From the NCBI GenBank assembly GCA_963921335.3, contig CAWUFC020000002.1, positions 882,120-946,119 on the forward strand: a stretch of 64,000 nucleotides of DNA, read 5' to 3'. The notes under the pieces were generated by a model. The model was not told the origin of the DNA and searched no databases. It saw only the letters and a list, made by a program, of their open reading frames with translations. The stretch is from Halieaceae bacterium. GTDB taxonomy: Bacteria > Pseudomonadota > Gammaproteobacteria > Pseudomonadales > Halieaceae. The stretch's first letter is position 1. The number at the start of each line of letters is the position of its first letter. Positions 35,758 to 45,216 of this stretch are shown here, piece by piece. The position numbers and the translations under genes were made by a program.

Positions 35758-36827
35758 AACAGCTATCAATATTCATCGCAGTCGCCCTGCTGAGCGCTTG
35801 CGGAGACAACAGCCAGGAAGGCTCTAAAGGCAACAGTGAGCGTGTAACACCGGTTATCGCTGCACATCCCCAACAGAGGGATATCGACTACGTGTTAACT
35901 GCGCTGGGCAGTGTCGAGAGCATCAGCGATCCCACCGTGTCTGCTGAAACTTCCGGCCAGGTGAAAGAGCTGGCCGTGCGCGAAGGCGATGAGGTCACAG
36001 AGGGTCAGCTGTTAGTCGCACTGGATGCCACCCTGCACAGTATCGATACTGCCAAGGCCGAAGCTGAAAACCGACGTGCCGAAGTGCTGTTGGACAACCA
36101 GGAGAAAGAAGTCCGCCGCCTAACCCGTTTGAGCGAAACCCAGTCGGTGTCGCAGGATCAGTTGGAAGACCAGCAGGCACAGCTGGAAATATTAAAGGCC
36201 CAGCGCGACGTGGCCAAGAAACAGTGGGAGCAAGCGCTGCACATGGAATCAAAAACTCGCGTGACAGCACCTATTGCGGGGCTGGTCACCCGCCGCCATG
36301 TGTCACGAGGCGATTATGTGGCCTATGGCCAACCGTTATTTGACCTGGTCAGCATCGACCGCTTGCGGGCCCGTATTGCATTCCCTGAGCACGAAGCTGC
36401 ACGCATTCAGGTGGGCAAGCTGGTGCAACTCAACAGCCCAGCCGCCCCTGGTGAAACGGCCATCGGCGAGGTCACCGCGGTTAATCCACAAATCAAGACC
36501 CATAATCGCGCCGTTGAGGTGACGGTGGAATTCGACAATCCCGGCAATTGGAAACCGGGCGCCAGTATCGATGCCACCCTGATTGTCGAGCAGCGATCGC
36601 AAGCATTGACCGTGCCTGTACTGGCCATCAATCGACGCAACGGGGAAGACGTGGTTTTTGTCATCGAGCAAGACAAAGTGCGCGCCCAAGCGGTGCGTAC
36701 TGGCTGGCGTGAGGGGGACTGGGTTGAAATCACGCGTGGCCTAACGACCAATCAGCGAATTGTTGTGGAAGGATCTGCCATGCTCAGCGATGGCAGCCTG
36801 GTTAATCTCAGGAGTTCAGTGCAGTGA
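35754..36827 (+). CDS. efflux RND transporter periplasmic adaptor (MFP) lipoprotein
   Basis: It has the lipobox LLSAC, coiled-coil and barrel-sandwich pattern, and a GTGA start/stop overlap with tetR. Confidence 0.9.
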   Translation: MKQLSIFIAVALLSACGDNSQEGSKGNSERVTPVIAAHPQQRDIDYVLTALGSVESISDPTVSAETSGQVKELAVREGDEVTEGQLLVALDATLHSIDTAKAEAENRRAEVLLDNQEKEVRRLTRLSETQSVSQDQLEDQQAQLEILKAQRDVAKKQWEQALHMESKTRVTAPIAGLVTRRHVSRGDYVAYGQPLFDLVSIDRLRARIAFPEHEAARIQVGKLVQLNSPAAPGETAIGEVTAVNPQIKTHNRAVEVTVEFDNPGNWKPGASIDATLIVEQRSQALTVPVLAINRRNGEDVVFVIEQDKVRAQAVRTGWREGDWVEITRGLTTNQRIVVEGSAMLSDGSLVNLRSSVQ

Positions 36828-39800
36828 ACTTTATCGAGCTGTTTGTCAGGCGCCGGGTGCTGGCCTATATGCTCAGTGCCGCCATGCTGCTGTTTGGCAT
36901 CATTGGTGTAACAGGAGTGGGGCTCGATCGCCTACCCAACGTTGAGCCACCCATGATTACCATCACCACACTGAATCCCGGTGCCAGCCCCGAGGTCATG
37001 GACGCCAGTGTCAGCTCTGTTATCGAATCCTATGTAAATTCGGTGGCGAATATAGAGCATATCCAGTCGATCTCTACTCCGGGCCTTTCGGAGGTCTGGG
37101 TTGAGTTCGAAGCCACCAAAGACCCCGATGTGGCGTTTAATGAAGTACAGGCCAAGGTAAACCAGGTCATAAACGACCTGCCGCGCGAGGTGGAAACCCC
37201 CATTGTGGCCAAGATGGATCTCAATGCAGAACCTGCTGTTTGGTTGGTCCTGAAGGGGGATCGCCCTGCAAGCGAACTAAACCAACTGGCACGAACACGC
37301 ATCAAGCGACAGCTTGAAAATATCAATGGCGTCGGGGGTGTCAGCATCGGCGGCGGGCGTGAGCGCAAAATTCGGGTAGACCTCGATCTTCAGCGCATGG
37401 CTGCCCTGGGCATTACGGCCCAGGACGTGATTGGTGCCTTTGGCCGCGAGCACGTCCAGCTTCCCGGCGGCTTTCTGGTGGGCGGCATGCTCGAAAAGTT
37501 GCTGCACCTGGATCTCGAATATCACAGCACTGAAGAACTCTCCGAACTGGTTGTGAAATGGCGCGATCAGGTCCCCGTGAAGCTGGGAGACATCTCTACC
37601 GTCAGCCACGGTCTGGATGACAAACGCAGTGTGGCCCGCTTTAACGGTGAGGAAGCACTGGCCATTGCCATCCGCAAGGTTCGCAACGCCAATACAGTTG
37701 CCATTGTCAGGGAGGTCGAAAGGCGACTGGAAGAATCAGTCATACCGGGACTGCCAGACGGCGTGGAACTGCTCATTGCCACGGATGAAGCCGGCATTAT
37801 CTCTGGCACCGCGACCGCACTGACCAACCACATCATTGAGGGCACCCTGCTCGCCGCGGTAGTGGTGTGGTTGTTCCTGCTGAACGTACCGGCCACCCTG
37901 ATCATCACCACAGCAATCCCCGTATCACTGGCTGGCGCCGTGGTGGTCATGTTTTTTGGCGGGTACACCTTCAACATTATGACGCTGAGCGGGCTTTTGC
38001 TGTTGATCGGCGTTGTCGTCGATGACGCCATCGTCGTTCTGGAAAATATCCATCGCCATCTTGAGGCCGGCGAAACCGATCGCGAACAGGCCGCGATCAC
38101 TGGCACCAATGAAGTGGTGTTCGCAGTTCTAGCGGCTTCCCTAACCCTGGTGGTGATCTTCGCCACAGTCATTTTTATGCAGGGCATGGTCGGCGTGTTC
38201 ATGCGCTCCTTTGCCGTGGTGGTAACGGTAGGTGTGATCGCATCACTGTTTGTGTCCCTTAGTCTTACCCCAGCGCTCTGTGCCCGCTTCCTGGCGCATA
38301 CCCATAAACCGAAACGAGGCATCAACGCCTGGATCTCCAATATGCATACCCGCATGGATAACAGCTATCGCTGGGTACTCGAATTTGGTCTGAATCACCG
38401 GGCACCGGTATTGATCGCAACCGCGCTGCTGGTCTGGTCTACCAGCTGGTTTATGGGGCAACTCGGCGGTGAATTTTTCCCAGAGGATGACGAATCCAGG
38501 TTTCTGGTCAGGATAAAAGCCCCCTTGGGCAGTTCCATTGAGCACACCGAACAGAAAGTTGACGAAATCGAGGCTGTCCTCAACCGCGTACCAGAGGTCA
38601 AACGAATATTGGGCACCGTGGGCTCAGGCGAGCGCGGCGAAGTCAACGAGGCAACGCTAAACGTCATCCTGCTTGGCATAGACGATAGAGAGCGCAGTCG
38701 GAGCGCCATCATGCAAGACGTGCGAGAAGAGGTCGCGCAAATCATTGGCATCCAGACGTTTGTAAGCTCCTACCCATTCTTCGGCGATGCAGCCGGCGAA
38801 CCGTTCAATGGATACGTGGTGGGCCCTGATCTGTACCGCGTCGCTGAATTCGCCAAGCTGATGGAGGAACGGCTGCGCGAAGAGCCCGCCATGGGCGCTG
38901 TGCGTATGGACCTGAAGATGAATCGCCCGCAGCTGTACTTTGATATCGATCGCAATCGCGCCCAGGCTCTTGGCCTGAGCACACAGCAGATTGGCGATAC
39001 CGTGAGGGTGTTAGGGGGCGGTGCCGATATTGCCAAATTCAACGAACTACCCGGAGATGGCGAGCGCTACGATATCCGCCTTGCTGCCAGCCGGGACAAT
39101 ATGAGCGCCGCACGCGACCTGGAGAGTGTGTATCTGCAAGCCCCCAGTGGCGATCTGGTGCCACTGGATGCGGTAGTAGAGGTTCGTGAATCACTTGGTC
39201 CTGCCGCGGTAGAGAGGCGCGATCTCTCCTTTGGCGCAGCATTCAGCTCAACTCCGGCAAGCGATCTCAGTGAGGCCGTTGCCATATTCAAACGCCTGGG
39301 GAACGAGCTACTGCCACCCGGCTATGGCGTCGCCCTGGCGGGACAGGCAGAAGAGCTTGGTAAGTCTGTAGATGCCATTCTGTTCGTGTTCACCACCGGC
39401 CTCATCCTGGTTTATATGGTATTGGCCAGTCAGTTCAACTCCTTCCTGCAACCTGCACTGGTGATGCTGGCGCAGCCTTTGGCCATTGTCGGCGGCATCT
39501 TCGCCCTGTGGGCAGTCGGTCACACTCTCAACATATATTCCATGATCGGCATGGTGCTGCTGGTTGGGCTGGTTTCCAAGAACTCGATTTTGCTAGTCGA
39601 CCTGATCAACCGGTATAGAGCGGAAGGCATGGACACCGGCACTGCAATCCGGGAAGCCTGCCCTCGCCGCATGCGCCCGGTACTGATGACCTCACTCACC
39701 ATCGTATTGGCGATGATGCCCGCCGCATTGGGAATTGGTGAGGGTGCCGGTCAGTATGGTCCGTTGGCTGTCGCCGTGGTCGGCGGCGTGATCAGCTCTA

Positions 39801-39922
39801 CCCTGCTCACACTTCTGGTTGTACCAGTGGCTTATTCAGTAATGGACCGCTGGCTGATGGTGCCGCAGCTTCGACAAGAGCCCACTAGCGACTCCGGCTT
39901 GTCTCGTCAGGAAATTTCGTAG
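36824..39922 (+). CDS. efflux RND transporter permease (AcrB/HAE family)
   Basis: 1032-aa ORF with 12-TM AcrB-like organisation. The N-terminus is MNFIELFVRRRVLAYMLSAAMLLFG. It has a GTGA overlap with the MFP gene. Confidence 0.95.
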   Translation: MNFIELFVRRRVLAYMLSAAMLLFGIIGVTGVGLDRLPNVEPPMITITTLNPGASPEVMDASVSSVIESYVNSVANIEHIQSISTPGLSEVWVEFEATKDPDVAFNEVQAKVNQVINDLPREVETPIVAKMDLNAEPAVWLVLKGDRPASELNQLARTRIKRQLENINGVGGVSIGGGRERKIRVDLDLQRMAALGITAQDVIGAFGREHVQLPGGFLVGGMLEKLLHLDLEYHSTEELSELVVKWRDQVPVKLGDISTVSHGLDDKRSVARFNGEEALAIAIRKVRNANTVAIVREVERRLEESVIPGLPDGVELLIATDEAGIISGTATALTNHIIEGTLLAAVVVWLFLLNVPATLIITTAIPVSLAGAVVVMFFGGYTFNIMTLSGLLLLIGVVVDDAIVVLENIHRHLEAGETDREQAAITGTNEVVFAVLAASLTLVVIFATVIFMQGMVGVFMRSFAVVVTVGVIASLFVSLSLTPALCARFLAHTHKPKRGINAWISNMHTRMDNSYRWVLEFGLNHRAPVLIATALLVWSTSWFMGQLGGEFFPEDDESRFLVRIKAPLGSSIEHTEQKVDEIEAVLNRVPEVKRILGTVGSGERGEVNEATLNVILLGIDDRERSRSAIMQDVREEVAQIIGIQTFVSSYPFFGDAAGEPFNGYVVGPDLYRVAEFAKLMEERLREEPAMGAVRMDLKMNRPQLYFDIDRNRAQALGLSTQQIGDTVRVLGGGADIAKFNELPGDGERYDIRLAASRDNMSAARDLESVYLQAPSGDLVPLDAVVEVRESLGPAAVERRDLSFGAAFSSTPASDLSEAVAIFKRLGNELLPPGYGVALAGQAEELGKSVDAILFVFTTGLILVYMVLASQFNSFLQPALVMLAQPLAIVGGIFALWAVGHTLNIYSMIGMVLLVGLVSKNSILLVDLINRYRAEGMDTGTAIREACPRRMRPVLMTSLTIVLAMMPAALGIGEGAGQYGPLAVAVVGGVISSTLLTLLVVPVAYSVMDRWLMVPQLRQEPTSDSGLSRQEIS

Positions 39923-40209
39923 GGGCGCACCTCCTCTAGAATCTCCGCTGCGGTATTGATCTCTGCAACCCTCAAATCATATGCCGCCTGCAGATTCAGC
40001 CAGCTTTGTGCATCTCCCCCGAAGAGCTGCGCGAGTCTCAAGGCCGTATCAGCAGTAACAGAACGACGTTCCTTAACAATTTCATGCATGCGAGTAGCGG
40101 GCACTCTTAATCGTTGCGCCAGCGAGTTAACGCTCATATCCAGGGGCTTTAGATAATCCTCACGAATAACTTCTCCCGGGTGGATCGGTCTCATCTGGTT
40201 TCTGCTCAT
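39907..40209 (-). CDS. higA: HigA family antitoxin (XRE-type HTH)
   Basis: IHPGEVIREDYLKPLDMSVNSLAQRLRVPATRMHEIVKERRSVTADTALRLAQLFG is the canonical HigA/VapI pattern. Confidence 0.9.
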   Translation of the reverse strand: MSRNQMRPIHPGEVIREDYLKPLDMSVNSLAQRLRVPATRMHEIVKERRSVTADTALRLAQLFGGDAQSWLNLQAAYDLRVAEINTAAEILEEVRPYEIS

Positions 40210-40216
40210 AAATTTC

Positions 40217-40495
40217 CTAGTGATAATCCACTATCTCCACGTCGTAAGCGCCTCTGTTATTAAATCGAAAACACAGTCTCCACTGCTTGTTGATGCGAAT
40301 GCTCCACTGGCCTTTTCTGTCACCCCGCAAGCGCTCTAACTGATTGCCCGGTGGGGACCGAAGAAAATCGATAGTTTCAGCACTATCCAGCAGGATTAGC
40401 TTGCGTTCTGCAGCTCCTCTAAAGGAACGAAAACGAGCACAACAGACACCAGCGAACAAACGCTCGGTATCTTTGCAACGGAAACCCTGAATCAT
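40217..40495 (-). CDS. higB: HigB toxin (RelE/ParE superfamily, plasmid maintenance system killer)
   Basis: 92-aa ORF: MIQGFRCKDTERLF...GNQLERLRGDRKGQWSIRINKQWRLCFRF...VEIVDYH. It lies 7 nt upstream of higA. Confidence 0.9.
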   Translation of the reverse strand: MIQGFRCKDTERLFAGVCCARFRSFRGAAERKLILLDSAETIDFLRSPPGNQLERLRGDRKGQWSIRINKQWRLCFRFNNRGAYDVEIVDYH

Positions 40496-40505
40496 GCAGA
40501 CAGTA

Positions 40506-40538
40506 TATTACGCTGTTCGTACTACGTAAAGCGTAATA
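40506..40538 (-). promoter_or_regulatory. 9-bp perfect inverted repeat upstream of higB (candidate HigA operator/promoter)
   Basis: TATTACGCT-N15-AGCGTAATA lies 11-43 nt upstream of the higB ATG in an AT-rich stretch. Confidence 0.5.
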
Positions 40539-40711
40539 CGTATTTCGTTATATCACTTTGTGTTGCCCCAGCACAGGCACTGGATAACTGGCGTCCGCGT
40601 TGGAAATCAACCCTCATCGCGCCCCCTATAGCTATAAAAGGGAAACCATGCTCTAAGAAAGAAACACGCTTAAACTAAGCGGACCAAAACGGTTAGCCGA
40701 GGGAAAACAGC

Positions 40712-41608
40712 TTGAGAATAACGTCCTCATTCCTCTATAGCATCAGTCTGTGCCTGGGACTCATCGCCTGTGGCCCTATTGATATTTCAGTGGACCGAAA
40801 GCCCGCCCTCGTCAAAAAAACCGGCACGGTGCTGTTCCTCGCCGGACAGGACAGCCACGGCCCGAAAGCACACGAGCATCAGGCTGGCTCGGAGTTACTG
40901 GCGGATGCCTTGCAACAACAAGATCCAAGCATAGAAGTGATTAATGTGTACGGTGGCTGGCCTGAGGACCCATCCGTTTTTACAGAGATCGACAGCGTGG
41001 TGATCTATTGTGACGGCGGCAAAGGCCATCTAATCAATGATAATCTGCCCCACTTCAATAGATTGCTGGATCGACAGGTAGGCGTTGTAGCACTGCACTA
41101 CGGTGTTGAGGTTCCAAAAGGCAGCCCATCCGCCGAAGCCATGCTGCGCGCCATCGGCGGCTATTTTGAAACTCACTGGTCAGTCAATCCGCATTGGACC
41201 GCCAACTTCCCAGCTCTGCCAGCACATCCCATTACCAGAGGGGTTGAACCCTTCACCATGCTGGACGAGTGGTATTTCAACATGCGCTTTGTAGAGGATA
41301 TGCAGGGTGTTACACCGATCCTCAGCGCGATTGCCCCAGACTCAACCATGGAGCGAGGCAACGGCCCACACAGCGGCAATGATGCAGTGAGAGAGCTTGT
41401 GGCAAAAAAAGTACCGCAAGTCACTGCTTGGGCGTATCAACGAGAAGATGGTGGTCGCGGCTTTGGCTACACCGGCGGCCACTTTCATGCCAATTGGGAT
41501 GATGCCAACGCCCAACAGCTGGTACTCAATGCCATTCGCTGGACAGCCAATATTCAGGCACAAAAAAGCCCGGACCTCTCGGCCCGGGCCAATACTCAGG
41601 GGGATTGA
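40712..41608 (+). CDS. ThuA domain-containing lipoprotein
   Basis: It has a TTG start and the lipobox LIAC. VALHYG...IGGYFETHW...HPITRGVEPFTMLDEWYF resembles the ThuA-like domain pattern. Confidence 0.6.
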   Translation: MRITSSFLYSISLCLGLIACGPIDISVDRKPALVKKTGTVLFLAGQDSHGPKAHEHQAGSELLADALQQQDPSIEVINVYGGWPEDPSVFTEIDSVVIYCDGGKGHLINDNLPHFNRLLDRQVGVVALHYGVEVPKGSPSAEAMLRAIGGYFETHWSVNPHWTANFPALPAHPITRGVEPFTMLDEWYFNMRFVEDMQGVTPILSAIAPDSTMERGNGPHSGNDAVRELVAKKVPQVTAWAYQREDGGRGFGYTGGHFHANWDDANAQQLVLNAIRWTANIQAQKSPDLSARANTQGD

Positions 41609-41610
41609 GT

Positions 41611-43866
41611 TTAGTAACGACCCAGGTTCATCACCTTGGTCCAGGCAGCGACAAAGTCATTCACAAACCGCTCCTGTGCGTTGTCATAGGCATAGACTTC
41701 AGCCACTGCTCTCAGCTCAGAGTTGGAGCCGAAGATAAGATCCACGGAAGTGGCAGTGTACTTCTTGTCACCAGAGGCGCGATCGAAGCCTTCATACACG
41801 CCGGCTTCCTCGGCTTTCTGCCAAACCGTGTCCATGCTCAGCAGATTGACGAAGAAGTCATTGCTCAGCGTTCCAGCGCGATCGGTCAGTACACCGTGCT
41901 CGGCGCCACCGGTATTCGCACCCAGGGCACGCATACCGCCCAACAGCACCGTCATTTCAGGCGCTGTCAGGCTCAACTGATCTGCACGATCGACCAGCAT
42001 TTCAGTCGGTGAACGATACGCCTTGTCAGCATCGAAATAGTTGCGGAAGGCATCAGCGCGAGGTTCCAGCAAGCCAAAAGAAACAATGTCCGTTTGCGCT
42101 TGCGTGGCATCACCGCGACCCGGCATAAAGGGTACTTCCACTTCTACACCGGCATCAGCGGCAGCTTTCTCAATCGCAGTGGCGCCGGCCAGTACGATGA
42201 GGTCAGCCATGGATATGCGCTTCTCACCGATGTCAGAGCGAATCTCGCTGAGCTTGCCTATGACCTTCTGGAGCTCGGCGGGATCATTGGCAGCCCAGGT
42301 GCTCTGGGGAGCCAGGATGACGCGTGCACCGTTCGTGCCGCCGCGCATGTCACTGGCGCGGTAGCTACCAGCAGACGCCCAGGCCACACGTACCAGTTCT
42401 GCCACGCTCAAACCAGACTCATTGATCGCTTCCTTGATCTTGCGGATATCACGCGAGCGAATTCGGTCGTAACCGGGCTCTGCGACAGGGTCCTGCCACA
42501 TCAATGCTTCCTGGGGAATCTCGTTACCCACGTAGCGAGCGCGCGGTCCCATATCGCGATGGGTCAGTTTGAACCAGGCCTTGGCAAAAGCCAGACGGAA
42601 CTCTTCAGGATCGGCCAGGAAACGCTCAGATATCTTGCGATACTCCGGGTCGTACTTCAGCGCCAGGTCTGCGGTGGTCATTACGGGCGGATTGAACTTA
42701 CCCTCAATGTGCGCATCGGGCACTGATTTGTGCGCGGCCTTGTCGGTGGGCACCCAGATGATGGCGCCGGCAGGGCTACGAGTCTGCTCCCACTCAAAAC
42801 CCAGCAGGTTTTGCAGGTACAGTGTGGTCCACTGGGTCGGCGCCTGAGTCCAGGCCCCTTCCAGGCCACTGGTCACCGTATCTTCCGAATGACCTTTGCC
42901 GCATTTGTTTTTCCAGCCGAGGCCCTGCTCTTCAATGCTGGCGCCACCAGGTTCGGGGCCAACGCACTTACCGGCTTTGTGAGCACCGTGCATTTTGCCA
43001 AAGGTGTGGCCACCGGCAATCAGTGCAACAGTCTCTTCATCGTTCATGGCCATGCGACCGAAAGCCACGCGAATGTTCTTCGCAGATCCAGCAGGATCAG
43101 GCTTGCCCATGGGGCCTTCGGGATTTACATAAATCAGACCCATGTGCGTTGCACCCAAAGGGCGTTGCAACTTGCCGTCTTTGCCGCGGCGATCACTGGC
43201 CAGCATCTCCACTTCAGGACCCCAGTACACCAGGTCGGGCTCCCAATCATCGGCACGGCCGAAGGCAAAGCCATAGGTCTTAAAGCCCATGCTTTCCATG
43301 CCCACGGTACCTGCCAACACCATCAGGTCACCCCAGGACAGGGCGGCTCCATACTTTTGCTTCACCGGCCAGAGTAGACGCCGGGCTTTGTCGAGATTGC
43401 CGTTATCGGGCCAGCTATTGAGAGGATCAAATCGCATCTGGCCGCCATCGCCACCACCGCGACCGTCCAGGGTGCGGTAGGTACCGGCGCTGTGCCAGGA
43501 CAGACGAATAAACAGCGGACCATAGTTACCCCAGTCTGCTGGCCACCAGTCTTTGGAGTCAGTCAGTACAGCGACGACATCCGCCTTGACCGCGTCATAG
43601 TCCAATTCGGACACTGCCTCGGTGTAGTCAAAGTCTGCACCCAGCGGATTAGACCTGGCGTCGTGATCACGCAGGGGTGCCAGGCTCAGCTGGTCCGGCC
43701 ACCAGAACTGGTTTGACTTGGCCTGGCCAGCTTCTGCCATGCCGCTGCCCATAGCACCCTTGGGTTTACTGCTGTGGTTATCGGCGAGGGCTGTCGGCGC
43801 CAGCGTGGAAAACGCCAGCGCAGCAGCCAGCACGCCACTGGTTGATAATCGGTGTTTGTAATTCAT
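41611..43866 (-). CDS. katG: catalase-peroxidase with N-terminal signal peptide
   Basis: 751-aa ORF with [13 protein letters not shown] and a two-domain KatG layout. The N-terminal [30 protein letters not shown] looks like a Sec signal. Confidence 0.95.
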   Translation of the reverse strand: MNYKHRLSTSGVLAAALAFSTLAPTALADNHSSKPKGAMGSGMAEAGQAKSNQFWWPDQLSLAPLRDHDARSNPLGADFDYTEAVSELDYDAVKADVVAVLTDSKDWWPADWGNYGPLFIRLSWHSAGTYRTLDGRGGGDGGQMRFDPLNSWPDNGNLDKARRLLWPVKQKYGAALSWGDLMVLAGTVGMESMGFKTYGFAFGRADDWEPDLVYWGPEVEMLASDRRGKDGKLQRPLGATHMGLIYVNPEGPMGKPDPAGSAKNIRVAFGRMAMNDEETVALIAGGHTFGKMHGAHKAGKCVGPEPGGASIEEQGLGWKNKCGKGHSEDTVTSGLEGAWTQAPTQWTTLYLQNLLGFEWEQTRSPAGAIIWVPTDKAAHKSVPDAHIEGKFNPPVMTTADLALKYDPEYRKISERFLADPEEFRLAFAKAWFKLTHRDMGPRARYVGNEIPQEALMWQDPVAEPGYDRIRSRDIRKIKEAINESGLSVAELVRVAWASAGSYRASDMRGGTNGARVILAPQSTWAANDPAELQKVIGKLSEIRSDIGEKRISMADLIVLAGATAIEKAAADAGVEVEVPFMPGRGDATQAQTDIVSFGLLEPRADAFRNYFDADKAYRSPTEMLVDRADQLSLTAPEMTVLLGGMRALGANTGGAEHGVLTDRAGTLSNDFFVNLLSMDTVWQKAEEAGVYEGFDRASGDKKYTATSVDLIFGSNSELRAVAEVYAYDNAQERFVNDFVAAWTKVMNLGRY

Positions 43867-43962
43867 TGCTCCTACCTCTCGTTAATAAGGGATCAGAAAC
43901 GGGACGATCCCCCTCGTTCCCGTAGCCTGTTGCCAGTCTAGGAAGGAAGCATGAATTCGTAT

Positions 43963-44004
43963 AATTGATATATATGTAAAAATTGATCGATTATATAGAT
44001 CGAT
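43963..44004. promoter_or_regulatory. AT-rich repeat cluster upstream of katG (candidate operator region)
   Basis: AATTGAT occurs at 43963 and 43981. GATCGAT occurs at 43985 and 43998, flanking TATATA. The cluster lies 97-138 nt upstream of the katG ATG. Confidence 0.25.
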
Positions 44005-44019
44005 CCAATTTAGGCTCTG

Positions 44020-45198
44020 CTAGACAGTTTCGATCAGTACCGCCATACCCTGTCCCGCACCCAGGCACATAGACAGAATTGCGAACTGGCCATCGGTGGC
44101 ATGGAGATGATCAATCGCTGTCAGTGCCATGCGCACCCCTGTAGCCCCCGGAGGATGACCGATAGAAATGCCGCCCCCATACAAATTGCATTTTTCGCGA
44201 GGGATACCAAGCTCGGCCTCCGCGTGCAGATTGACCACAGCAAAGGCTTCGTTGATTTCAAAATAATCGATGTCGGCGACCGACAACCCTCTGCGCCGCA
44301 ACAGACGATTAATAGCAGGCACTGGACCACAACCCATTATGCGAGGCGGTACACCCACCACTTCCCAATCCAGCAATTTCGCCTGCGCGACCAGACCTTG
44401 CTCTACCGCAGCCTGCTCGCTGGCCACCACCATAAAAGCGGCCCCGTCAGTCATACCGCTGGCATTACCTGCTGTTACCCGCCCGCCGTCGCGAAACACC
44501 GGTTTCAGGCTGGCCAGCTTTTCCAGGCTGGTTTGGCGGGGAAACTCATCGACTTCAAACAGCCGAGTGCCTTTTCGCTCCTTGATGTCGATCGGTGCGA
44601 TCTGTTGGGCCAGAAACCCGGTTTCAATCGCAGCTGCTGCGCGCTGCTGACTGCTCAACGCGTACTCATCCATGGCTTCCCGGGTATACCCAAAATCGTC
44701 GGTCAGGTTCTCGGCGGTTTCACCCATAAGGCTGTGATCAAAGGGATCACGATAGGCGTAATCGATCGTATCCACGACGGTGCTATTGCCGCGTTTTATA
44801 CCCCAGCGGGCATCCGTCATAGCGTAAGGTGCCCGCGAGGTATTTTCGTAACCACCGGCCAGGGCGATGCGGCTGTGACCGGTAATAATTTGCTCAGCGG
44901 CGGAAACAATAGCCTGGGTACCTGAGCCGCAGGCACGAGAGACGTTCAGGGCACAGCTGTCCTCGCGCATACCGGCATTGAGCGCAATCACACGGCTGGC
45001 AAAATAGGCCCCCTGATCAACCGGCACTACATTGCCGCAGACCAGGTGATCCACGGCATCCGCCTGCAAGTTGGCTGCGGCCAGACTGGCTTTGGCTGCA
45101 TGGGTCCCGAGATCGGTACCGGCGATTCCCGCCAGAGACTTTCCAAAATCGCCAAATGGCGTGCGCCGCCCCTGGCAAAGCACAACATCACTACTCAT
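44020..45198 (-). CDS. acetyl-CoA C-acyltransferase (thiolase)
   Basis: SRACGSGTQAI (active-site Cys), GGGISIGHPPGATG and SMCLGAGQG motifs. Confidence 0.9.
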   Translation of the reverse strand: MSSDVVLCQGRRTPFGDFGKSLAGIAGTDLGTHAAKASLAAANLQADAVDHLVCGNVVPVDQGAYFASRVIALNAGMREDSCALNVSRACGSGTQAIVSAAEQIITGHSRIALAGGYENTSRAPYAMTDARWGIKRGNSTVVDTIDYAYRDPFDHSLMGETAENLTDDFGYTREAMDEYALSSQQRAAAAIETGFLAQQIAPIDIKERKGTRLFEVDEFPRQTSLEKLASLKPVFRDGGRVTAGNASGMTDGAAFMVVASEQAAVEQGLVAQAKLLDWEVVGVPPRIMGCGPVPAINRLLRRRGLSVADIDYFEINEAFAVVNLHAEAELGIPREKCNLYGGGISIGHPPGATGVRMALTAIDHLHATDGQFAILSMCLGAGQGMAVLIETV

Positions 45199-45216
45199 AA
45201 GCTGCCTGTCTGATGA

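Noticed and set aside
39907-40711. higBA as part of a mobile element or genomic island.
   Set aside because: There is no integrase, transposase, tRNA target, or direct or inverted terminal repeat within several kb on either side.
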